A stretch of DNA of 32,000 bases from Nitrososphaerota archaeon (GCA_038741355.1 JAVYLC010000006.1:2714-34713); one strand, 5' to 3'; positions 1-7,180 are shown, counted from the stretch's first letter. A program made the numbers and translations. Notes: generated by a model not told the origin, from the letters alone.

Positions 1-240
1 AAGAGAAGCTCAAAAGCCTTCAAACATGATGTTTTGTCCAAAGCACCGCTCCAGGGAACTCACACGCTATTAATCTACCCAACCCCCCCATCGACGGCTA
101 AGAATCGGAGGACTTGAATACCGAGAGCTGTACAAAGGCTACTACATTTACGTTGGCTCGGGACGACGCATAAACTGCTCAACGAATATCTTGATGGGAA
201 AAGACGTTGTTTCAACATTCCGCTTGACATACGGTTTGAA

Positions 241-501
241 GTGTTCAAGTTAATGGTGTTACGTGCGGTCATGGCCATACCTTTCGGCGAGACACGAAGC
301 TACAAGGCTGTAGCAGCCATGGCAGGTCATCCAAATGCCTATAGAGTCGCAGGCAACGCCGTCGCCAAACATCCAATAGCTATAATTATTCCATGTCACA
401 GAGTAATCAGGCCGGATGAACGGCTAGGCAAATATGCCGGCGATGAATACGTCAAAGCATGGCTTCTAAAACATGAAGGCGCAAAGATAGACATTACATA
501 A
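241..501 (+). CDS. ogt: O6-alkylguanine-DNA alkyltransferase, catalytic C-terminal domain only (possibly a 5'-truncated or decayed ogt)
   Basis: Active-site motif IPCHRV is present, preceded by the HTH/Asn-hinge region 'TRSYKAVAAMAGHPNAYRVAGNAVAKHP'. The start is GTG. Family-like sequence (LLNEYLDGKRRCFNIPLD) continues in frame upstream of the start, but no start codon is available there (see findings). Confidence 0.75.
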   Translation: MFKLMVLRAVMAIPFGETRSYKAVAAMAGHPNAYRVAGNAVAKHPIAIIIPCHRVIRPDERLGKYAGDEYVKAWLLKHEGAKIDIT

Positions 502-631
502 CGCTGTGTTTAGAAGTGTTTCTAAGATGGATAGTCGTTTTTACATCTTTGATTAACTCAAGCATGTTTATGAATTGATTCAGTATTTGCCGAGTTTTTC
601 ATTTCTTCTGGCGATGTAATATAGAAGGGTT

Positions 632-1042
632 TTAAAGTTGTAAAAGCTTTTTTACAAGCTCGTAGGTTTTTGACGCATGATCAGCGGCTTGCTCAGCATC
701 CTTCCTGCCAACGAGGTCGTCCGGCGACAGTAGTGCTTCCTCGCCTCCGTAAAAGCTGATCTCTCTTGGCAGCCAGGCTTCTAGAGACGTTGGCGAGAAA
801 CTCTGCTTCGGCTGCAAACCACGAGGGAAACCTATGCCTGTATTCTAGTAGAACGTCTGACACGTCATGGGTTTTGGGGTATTCGACACCGATAGTTTTC
901 AATGCCGCTTTCAGACATAGCTCCACACATTCTTGCGAGAGTCTGAGAGTGTAGGGATAGTTTCCTCTTTCAAGAGCTCTCCTAGCGTCGTCCAGCCTGT
1001 CGCCAGCCTGCCTGATGTATGCCTTCGCGATTTTAACCAGGT
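632..1042 (-). pseudogene. HEPN-domain gene (PF05168-like), disrupted by a frameshift and lacking a canonical start
   Basis: HEPN-like sequence is split over two frames. Frame A (693-1115) reads ...IAKAYIRQAGDRLDDARRALERGNYPYTLRLSQECVELCLKAALKTIGVEYPKTHDVSDVL...SRSLAAKR. Frame B (632-~770) reads EISFYGGEEALLSPDDLVGRKDAEQAADHASKTYELVKKLL*. The switch lies in the AAGAGAGA run near 760-770. I translated frame A codon by codon and found no ATG, GTG or TTG between the stop at 1116-1118 and GTG 926. Confidence 0.6.
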
Positions 1043-1858
1043 TCAGAGCGCGGACACCTTGGTCGCTCTTGGACCCAAGTCCCAGTACCAGCCACCTCGC
1101 TTTGACATGTAGCGTTTAGCCCCCATCAACTCCAGCCTAGACCTCATCTGCGAAAACAGGTTGTGGAGAAAACCGTCGTCCAACAGTATGGCTGCGTCAT
1201 AAACCATGTCTAGGAAGAGGAGGGGGATTCTTTCGGCTTCCCTTTTCGTTAAAGGGTAGAAGCTCAGCCTGGCGTGTATGCCGTACGACTTAAGGAAACT
1301 TAGTTCAGACTTGACGTCGACGTCGTGCTCGATCTCGAGCAGCGCGTCTATCCGTGAAGATAGACTGCCGCTGAACCTGTCTGAGATGACTAACAGGTCC
1401 ACGTCGCTCAAGGGGGTGGCGGAATGCCTCGCCACGGAGCCGTAGACGGCGGCGGACGAAGGCTTCCAAGACTTCTTTAGAGCACGTAGAACGTCGTAGA
1501 CGAGCTGCACGTATTCGCCCTGGATGTTAGGCGGCTTGTTGACCATGCCTGAAGCAACCAGCATGAAGCTTCGCGGGTCGAATAGCCTATAGAGCCTAGG
1601 ACGTGTTCTCCGAAAATCTATCAAAGCCCCCGACTTTCTTAACACTGTTAGAAGAACATGGGCCCTGCCTCTCTCGATGGAGAGCCTGCCGCATACATCG
1701 TTGAAGCTGAAAACGTCTCGGCCGAAATGGGAGTAGAGGCTTGCAAACCTCTCGCCAGCCCACCTAGGAAGCCATGCCACGTCATATATTAAGCTTAAGA
1801 AATAATTAAGGTTTCTGCATCCTATATATAGCCGGCAGTCAAAAACAAACCCCTCCAC
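1043..1858 (-). CDS. Minimal nucleotidyltransferase (MNT, pol-beta superfamily) with an N-terminal winged-helix-like region; partner of the adjacent HEPN remnant
   Basis: The GS...DxD motif is present as 'AVYGSVARHSATPLSDVDLLVISD'. The N-terminal ~100 aa are wHTH-like (RAHVLLTVLRKSGALIDF). The start is uncertain: GTG 1858 has no upstream TATA. An internal tatatata at 1823-1830 on the gene strand suggests a shorter product from the in-frame GTG at 1780. Confidence 0.7.
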   Translation of the reverse strand: MEGFVFDCRLYIGCRNLNYFLSLIYDVAWLPRWAGERFASLYSHFGRDVFSFNDVCGRLSIERGRAHVLLTVLRKSGALIDFRRTRPRLYRLFDPRSFMLVASGMVNKPPNIQGEYVQLVYDVLRALKKSWKPSSAAVYGSVARHSATPLSDVDLLVISDRFSGSLSSRIDALLEIEHDVDVKSELSFLKSYGIHARLSFYPLTKREAERIPLLFLDMVYDAAILLDDGFLHNLFSQMRSRLELMGAKRYMSKRGGWYWDLGPRATKVSAL

Positions 1859-2240
1859 AGTGTTGAAGACGCTCCAGCGGCTAAGGAAACTCCCACGTCA
1901 CATCTCCGGGAAAACGGCAGCCGGAGCAGTTGATAGAGCAGGCAGGAAGGCTTAAGGCTGAGCTGGGGAATCATAGCTGTCTTAAGGGGGATGACGTAGG
2001 CAGTATAGGACCTTTTACTTTACAGTACCTTGGCTTACTTTAGAAACTTGGGCAAAGTATCGATGCTGAGTTTCATATCCAGTTCACCTATCCGGGAGCT
2101 TAATAGTTGCTACCTTTCTCTCCAGCGAGGCATCGTGAAGGGGCTTTACGTAGATTATATAGAAGCTACAGGAAGAGGGGGCGCATTTATTGGCATAAAA
2201 TCTTCCACACCATGCATGTATTGAATTTTATCTTGTGAGG

Positions 2241-2861
2241 TCAAGGGTTGAGCTGTGGTTCCGCAACCTCTTTCCCACCACAGATTGCGATGAGTATGCA
2301 TCCCAGGTTTGTCCTTTTATGCTCGACTACCTTGAACCTCTTCTCGAGGATTGAGAATAGCTGTTGTTCTGATTTAAACTTGAATAGATGAGTACCTTTC
2401 CACCTCCTTCGCATGGAGTGGGTCCATAACCACCAGATAATTCTGAATAGCATCGTCTCCAAAGGCACTATGACGATCAATAATCCATTGCCTTTCAATA
2501 ATTTGTCTGCAATCTCTAAGACTATTTCAGGGTTGTTTACATGTTCGAGGCTCTCCATTAAAACAATTGTGCCATACCGCCTGCTGAGAATCTCGGGCGG
2601 CGGATCCTCGATACTGCCCAGATACACAGTATTCAACCTCTTTTTAGCAAACTCAACCATCTCAGGATCAACGTCTACACCATGTATCTCCACCGAGTCG
2701 CCGAATATCATCCGCACCCTGACACCGTCCCCGCATCCTAAGTCAAGAATAGGCTCATCGATTTCGTACCCTTTAATCATGCTTTTAGCTGCTCTTACAA
2801 TCTCTCTGTACCAATATTTGCTGGGAAAACTGGTTGTCGATATTTCATAGTAGCTTTTCAA
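2241..2861 (-). CDS. Class I SAM-dependent methyltransferase
   Basis: Motif I is 'ILDLGCGDGVRV' and the post-I acidic residue lies in 'IHGVDVD'. 'LMESLEHVNNPE' is typical of the Methyltransf_11/23 type. The start is TTG at 2861, with TATA (gcataaataagg on the gene strand) about 32 nt upstream. Confidence 0.8.
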   Translation of the reverse strand: MKSYYEISTTSFPSKYWYREIVRAAKSMIKGYEIDEPILDLGCGDGVRVRMIFGDSVEIHGVDVDPEMVEFAKKRLNTVYLGSIEDPPPEILSRRYGTIVLMESLEHVNNPEIVLEIADKLLKGNGLLIVIVPLETMLFRIIWWLWTHSMRRRWKGTHLFKFKSEQQLFSILEKRFKVVEHKRTNLGCILIAICGGKEVAEPQLNP

Positions 2862-2921
2862 ACTACGGGGAGAGGGGATATGACTTTTGCCTTATTTATG
2901 CATTCTTGGTGTGGCGGTTTG

Positions 2922-4031
2922 CTATATTGTGAGGAGATGTATGTTGCCGATCTCAACCCTTTTTAAATGTCTTGTCGCCGCTCTGTAGCTTTCTATGACC
3001 TGTTTCCAAGGGGTTATTGGGAGGTCGTCCATCATGAAGTGTGGGTAGAAGACTAGGAGGCTGTAGGGTATGGTCTCGTCTAGGGAGGCTATGAACTCGG
3101 CTATGCCTGAGACCTCTTCGGCGTCGACGTATCCTGGGACTAGAAGTGTTGTTGCTGCGAGAACGGGGAGGTCTGACCTCTTGTCGAAGAAGGAGCGGTA
3201 GACCACTTCAAAGTTTTCCAGTATCCTCTTGTTGTCGAGGCCCGTTAGTGCTTTATGGATGTTGGGGTTGAAGGCTTTTAGGTCGAACTTGACGTTCCCG
3301 CCGCTCTCCAAGACTGTCTCTACCGCCCGCCTAACCAGGGTTGTGTTGCCGTCGCCATTCCACTCATAGCATAACCTAATAACCCTCCCAGCTGGTTTCT
3401 CCTCGTGAACCCTTCTCGAGGCCTCTATTGCGAAGGGGAGTTGGGGCTCAGGTGAACCGCCGAACCAGCACCAGCAAGAGATTCTATCGTTCGAGAGCGT
3501 CAGGTTTACTAGCTCGTCCGCGGATACGTGTGGTGCCTCGCTAACTTTTTTATGAGACCAGTTCTGGCAGAAAAGGCAGTTTAAACCGCAGCCATAGAAG
3601 AAGAGGGCGAGGTTATAGTATCCGAGTTCTGGGCCGTTTCTACACGCGTATTTTGGGTATCCGGCCCCTGTCCCGGCTGGGCAGAAGTATGCGTTGCAAC
3701 AGTTAGTGACGTGTGGGTCGAGATAGTAGTGGAGTAGTGCCTTCCCTGGCGGCGCAAGCGTGTACATCCTGCCGCCACGATTCCAGCGTACTCCGCAATA
3801 CCCGACCTCGCCATCCCCCAACACACACTCTGCCGCGCAGAGACTACATGGTATCCCACCCCTCGTCTTTGGGGGTGTAGGAGGTAGCCCAAACAGCTTC
3901 CTGCTCATAACATGCCCCTCCGCGACTATCGGAAGGGCCTCCTCGGGTCTTTCCCTCAAACATCTGACACAGACCTTCAGTGCCTTCGAGACGGGGAGAT
4001 CACCTAGGCAGAGGACGCAGCGGATGGGCAA
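2922..4031 (-). CDS. Radical SAM protein, PflA/PflX/AmrS-like activase family, with an extra N-terminal Cys4 zinc-ribbon
   Basis: CX3CX2C cluster 'GCGLNCLFCQNW'. An AmrS-like N-terminal Cys motif is present: 'CSLCAAECVLGDGEVGYCGVRWNRGGRMY'. A further 'CVLC...CVRC' ribbon lies at the extreme N-terminus. The start is TTG. Confidence 0.8.
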   Translation of the reverse strand: MPIRCVLCLGDLPVSKALKVCVRCLRERPEEALPIVAEGHVMSRKLFGLPPTPPKTRGGIPCSLCAAECVLGDGEVGYCGVRWNRGGRMYTLAPPGKALLHYYLDPHVTNCCNAYFCPAGTGAGYPKYACRNGPELGYYNLALFFYGCGLNCLFCQNWSHKKVSEAPHVSADELVNLTLSNDRISCWCWFGGSPEPQLPFAIEASRRVHEEKPAGRVIRLCYEWNGDGNTTLVRRAVETVLESGGNVKFDLKAFNPNIHKALTGLDNKRILENFEVVYRSFFDKRSDLPVLAATTLLVPGYVDAEEVSGIAEFIASLDETIPYSLLVFYPHFMMDDLPITPWKQVIESYRAATRHLKRVEIGNIHLLTI

Positions 4032-4059
4032 ACCGCTTCCTGTTTAACAATAGGTAGAT

Positions 4060-4076
4060 CAACATTAAAAATGTTG
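4060..4076. repeat. Perfect 7-bp inverted repeat CAACATT-AAA-AATGTTG
   Basis: Read directly from the sequence. It lies in the 137-nt spacer between the GYD gene stop and the radical-SAM gene start, 29-45 nt upstream of TTG 4031, and overlaps the only AT-rich TATA-like tract. Confidence 0.6.
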
Positions 4077-4168
4077 GCCACTATGTGTGGATCCTTCGGG
4101 CCAGTCTACTCACGATCCTTCCAGACTAGACAGGTGAGCGCCTAGCCACTCGGCCCCTCTTTTGGACG

Positions 4169-4465
4169 CTAGGTCTTTTTCCCTGATAGCTTTTCTACAA
4201 ATTCCTTAGTCGGTATTGCGGGGAGGCTTGTGATCTTCACAGTTCCTCGGCTACCCAGCATCACGGATAGCCGGGCTACTGTGGCATCGTCAGGAGCCTC
4301 CACTATTGTTACGAAGTCGTATGGGCCTAGGACTGCGTATTGGTCGATTATCTTCACACCCATAGCCTCGACCTCTCTATTAACCTCGAGAATCCTTGAA
4401 GGGTTTTTACTGATCGTCTCGAGCCCTTCACAAGTCATGTTCGAGAGAAGTATATACCTCGGCAC
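4169..4465 (-). CDS. GYD-domain protein (COG4274 family)
   Basis: 'YILLSNMTCEGLETISKNPSRI...VLGPYDFVTIVEAPDD' matches the GYD family layout. I place the start at GTG 4465 (VPRYILL) because TATAAATA (4488-4495, gene strand) is centred ~27 nt upstream. The ORF-track extension to 4561 lies upstream of that TATA. Confidence 0.7.
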   Translation of the reverse strand: MPRYILLSNMTCEGLETISKNPSRILEVNREVEAMGVKIIDQYAVLGPYDFVTIVEAPDDATVARLSVMLGSRGTVKITSLPAIPTKEFVEKLSGKKT

Positions 4466-4487
4466 GTCTAGGTGATGGGTGGCATCG

Positions 4488-4495
4488 TATTTATA
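4488..4495 (-). promoter_or_regulatory. TATA box (TATAAATA) of the GYD-domain gene
   Basis: Centred ~27 nt upstream of GTG 4465, the spacing expected for a leaderless archaeal transcript. Confidence 0.5.
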
Positions 4496-4632
4496 GGCTC
4501 TGGGGCTCTGTAAAGATGCGCTGGGATAGATTCTCCGCCAAATAAGCGGGTTATACCACATTCTCTGTCAGGGAGTCAAGGATATATATGGTCAAAAGGC
4601 CCTAAGGGAGTAGGCCTAGAGGGTGCGAAGCG

Positions 4633-4950
4633 TTGGGCTGGGTTTTGAGCCGTGAGCCAACCCCCATCTGCAACCCGCTCTGCAGGTTTTTCCGCTGTAA
4701 GAAGATGCTCTCAGCCGGCCGGTTCGCCCTCGATATACACAGGGATCCGCCTTGGTGCCACTGGGTCAACGCCCCTTGCATCGGCTATAAATGCCCCTAC
4801 GCTAGCTGCGTTCAGGTTAAGCTGCTCCCAGACGGCAGATGCGGAATATTTGTAAAGAGGAAGACTGAGGAAAAGATGCCTGAAGAGGTTGTCCCCCGAC
4901 TAGGACTAACGGACAAGAGCAGGAAGCGATTAGAGGACCTAGGGCTTTAG
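4633..4950 (+). CDS. Small Cys-rich (9 Cys) putative metal-binding protein with a basic/acidic C-terminal tail; uncharacterised
   Basis: Ordered Cys pattern: CX3CX4C (CNPLCRFFRC), then CX7CX4CX4C (CHWVNAPCIGYKCPYASC), then a lone C in DGRCG. TTG start with a GAGGGTG Shine-Dalgarno-like motif ~10 nt upstream and gatatatat ~45 nt upstream. I cannot place the family by eye. Confidence 0.5.
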   Translation: MGWVLSREPTPICNPLCRFFRCKKMLSAGRFALDIHRDPPWCHWVNAPCIGYKCPYASCVQVKLLPDGRCGIFVKRKTEEKMPEEVVPRLGLTDKSRKRLEDLGL

Positions 4951-5023
4951 ACCCCATAACTAGCTACCAAGGGAGATATTGTTTTTAGTTGGGTAGACTA
5001 CTAGTGGTACCTGGGTCGATGTC

Positions 5024-5767
5024 TTGATTCAGATTATCCCCGTAGAGGGGATGAAAATTATAATGCCCGGGGATAGGTTGGGGTTTGAGATTGTAAATGC
5101 GCTGCAGAAACGCGGTATTAGACTAGTTGATAGAGACATCGTTGTTGTTAGCCACGTAGTTGTCGCTAAGGCGGAGGGCAGGATATATCGGCTCTCAGAG
5201 ATAACCCCCACCTCCCAGGCCATGGAGCTGGCCCGCATCACAAACAAGGATCCAGCACACATAGAAGTAATTCTGAGAGAGGCGAAAAGAATCGTCAGGG
5301 TAAGGGGCGAGGTTTTGATAGCCGAGACTAAACACGGCTTGATATGCGCCAACAGCGGAGTCGACCTCTCCAACGTAGGCGAGGGACTGGCTGCTGCGCT
5401 ACCCGAGGACCCGGACGCCTCGGCGAGAAGAATCAGGAGGGAAATCGAGGAGGCGGCAGGCGCGAAGGTTGCGGTAATAATTTGTGACTCGCATGGCAGA
5501 CCATTCAGGCGTGGAGCCGTGAACATCGCGATAGGTTGCAGCGGCATTGAGCCGATATGGGATAGGCGCGGAGAGCCAGACCTCTTCGGCCGAATACTTA
5601 GGAGCAAGCAGATCTGTGTCGCAGACGAGCTGGCCTCTGCAGCTGAACTAGCTATGGGGCAGGCGGATGAGGGTATACCAGCCGTAATCATACGTGGCTA
5701 CAGGTATAAGGCCGGTGAGACAGGGGCGTCTCAAATAATTAGGACTAGGGAGGAGAGCCTATTCTAG
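5024..5767 (+). CDS. cofE: Coenzyme F420-0:L-glutamate ligase family protein (CofE-like)
   Basis: Family-typical blocks: 'PGDRLGFEI', 'VVVSHVVVAKAEGR', 'ETKHGLICANSGVDLSN', 'LPEDPDASA', 'ICDSHGRPFRRGAVNIAIG', 'VADELASAAELAMGQADEGIPAVIIRG'. TTG start. Confidence 0.85.
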   Translation: MIQIIPVEGMKIIMPGDRLGFEIVNALQKRGIRLVDRDIVVVSHVVVAKAEGRIYRLSEITPTSQAMELARITNKDPAHIEVILREAKRIVRVRGEVLIAETKHGLICANSGVDLSNVGEGLAAALPEDPDASARRIRREIEEAAGAKVAVIICDSHGRPFRRGAVNIAIGCSGIEPIWDRRGEPDLFGRILRSKQICVADELASAAELAMGQADEGIPAVIIRGYRYKAGETGASQIIRTREESLF

Positions 5768-5786
5768 ATTTACGGGCCGAGGCTAG

Positions 5787-6506
5787 ATGAGGCGAGATAA
5801 TGTTTCCGCTCTGACCGCCCTAGACCTAAGGGTCTTAAAGGCGGTCCTAAAACTCAACACCAACAATCCACCCACAATATCCCAGGAGACACAGCTAACC
5901 GAGAGAGTAGTCAGAGAGGCTCTACAGCGCTTAGGCCTAGAAGGCGAGGTGGGACTAAGCAGGGAAAGAATGATTGAGGTGGCAGTAGGGTGGTTGGAGA
6001 AGAGTCGGTCCTTCGAAGAAGTCTCTAGGAGCCTCACGTGGGAGCTTTTCGAGGTCCTCGTAGCCCGTATACTGGAGGAGGCAGGCCTATACGCTATCAG
6101 GAATGTCACAGTAATTATCGGCAGTAAAAGGGCCCAGCTAGACATAATTGCTCTCAGGGAATCTACTATATACCTGCTCGAGTGTAAGAGGTGGATGAGG
6201 AGCCTGTCGGGGAGCCTCGCTTTGACTGAGGCTAAAAAGCTCAGAGAGAGGGCTAACTTATTCTGCCAAGCCCTCCTAAAACTCCTAGGCCACGGAGCCA
6301 CTACTCACTATGCAGTGCCAATACTCGTCTCACCATACGCCTCCCCCGCCATCTCCGAGGCATTTATATCCCCTTTCAGGTCGCTGATCCGCCTCCTCTC
6401 AGAGCACCCCGCAACACTCCCCTCTCCTCCCACAATCCTACTACAACTCGGCCAAAGATTATCACCCCACCTCCTAAAATCAAATAGAATAAAGGTCAGC
6501 CCCTAA
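5787..6506 (+). CDS. Winged-helix + Mrr-cat/PD-(D/E)xK restriction-endonuclease-like domain protein
   Basis: N-terminal wHTH 'LDLRVLKAVLKLNTNNPPTISQETQLTERVVREALQRL'. The nuclease core is 'FEVLVARILEEAGLY...QLDIIALRESTIYLLECKRW', giving D...E-x-K in Mrr_cat order. The C-terminal ~60 aa are Pro/Ser/Leu-rich and low in complexity. Confidence 0.6.
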   Translation: MRRDNVSALTALDLRVLKAVLKLNTNNPPTISQETQLTERVVREALQRLGLEGEVGLSRERMIEVAVGWLEKSRSFEEVSRSLTWELFEVLVARILEEAGLYAIRNVTVIIGSKRAQLDIIALRESTIYLLECKRWMRSLSGSLALTEAKKLRERANLFCQALLKLLGHGATTHYAVPILVSPYASPAISEAFISPFRSLIRLLSEHPATLPSPPTILLQLGQRLSPHLLKSNRIKVSP

Positions 6507-6583
6507 TACATAAAAGGCCGCATTTAACGATCTACTTATTTAAACACATATATAATGAGGCGAATAGGTATTGTTGGATGTAA

Positions 6584-7156
6584 ATGTACCGATCCACGCT
6601 CTCTGTTAATGGTGAGATAGCTAAGGAGTTGCTGGCGCTCGCAAGGGAAAAGAACATGACGTTATTCGCCCTGACTAACCAGATCCTCGAGACAGCGATA
6701 CTTCTCATGAAGATGGGTGTGGATTTTCAGGCGCTGCGAAATCTAGTAGGTGTGTTGAAGATATTGAGGGATGTCGATGCAGTAGTCATCCCCTCAGACT
6801 TCCTCGATAAATTGATTTACGAGCTCTACAAGAATAATCAAAAAGAGCTTCTGAACTCTTTCAAACAGCTTGGAATGGAGTTGGCAGAATACTTCAAGCT
6901 AGAGGCGATGGACATTGAAAAGCTAGTCTCTCTCGCCCAGACACTGTCCACCCTCCTTCCCCTGAAGAGAGTAAGCCTACGCCGGCTCAATCATACGACG
7001 TATGAGTTGAGCGCCGTGGGTGTCGGGGGTAGATTAGAGTCCACAAACTGCGTATACTACTTCCTAGAAGGTGTGCTCGAAAAGTATGGGCTTGAGATCC
7101 AAGACAAGACGATCAGTAAAGGCCTAGTAAACGTTAGATTCGTCGAGAAATTCTAG
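6584..7156 (+). CDS. Hypothetical protein; N-terminal ribbon-helix-helix-like segment, C-terminal region faintly V4R-like (COG1719)
   Basis: 'STLSVNGEIAKELLALAREKNMTLFALTNQILE' has a beta-strand/helix/helix (RHH/CopG-like) pattern. The C-terminus 'STNCVYYFLEGVLEKYGLEI...GLVNVRFVE' resembles the end of V4R domains. GC (~45%) is lower than the flanks. TATA atatataat lies ~30 nt upstream of the ATG. Confidence 0.45.
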   Translation: MYRSTLSVNGEIAKELLALAREKNMTLFALTNQILETAILLMKMGVDFQALRNLVGVLKILRDVDAVVIPSDFLDKLIYELYKNNQKELLNSFKQLGMELAEYFKLEAMDIEKLVSLAQTLSTLLPLKRVSLRRLNHTTYELSAVGVGGRLESTNCVYYFLEGVLEKYGLEIQDKTISKGLVNVRFVEKF

Positions 7157-7180
7157 ACGCGGATCCTCCACCTGAGTATA

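Noticed and set aside
75-278. 67-aa minus-strand ORF overlapping the ogt 5' region, and the open plus frame 1-117 at the window edge
   Set aside because: There is no motif and the composition is odd. The 1-117 frame could be the C-terminus of an upstream gene, but 38 residues without any recognisable feature cannot be supported.
2030-2224. 64-aa TTG-initiated ORF in the long spacer
   Set aside because: There is no TATA or SD at a sensible distance, no motif, and composition unlike neighbouring genes. It is kept only as part of the 'long spacer' observation.
2413-2850. 145-aa ORF antisense to the methyltransferase; similar shadows at 7266-7688, 11702-12217, 8818-9240, 13347-13643 and 21436-21783
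   Set aside because: All lie inside genes with clear family motifs on the other strand, and none has a promoter-like element at the appropriate distance.
4466-4561. N-terminal extension of the GYD gene (MWYNPLIWRRIYPSASLQ...)
   Set aside because: The extension lies upstream of a well-placed TATAAATA box. GYD-family proteins normally begin close to the '..YI.L' strand, so GTG 4465 is preferred.
5029-5691. 220-aa ORF antisense to cofE
   Set aside because: The product is Ala/Ser/Pro-rich and low in complexity, with no motif. It lies entirely opposite a gene with strong family signatures, which is typical of a shadow ORF in GC-rich coding sequence.
5783-6301. 172-aa ORF antisense to the wHTH-Mrr-like gene
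   Set aside because: The plus-strand frame carries the recognisable wHTH and D...ExK nuclease motifs. The minus-strand product is Ser/Leu/Arg-rich with no features.
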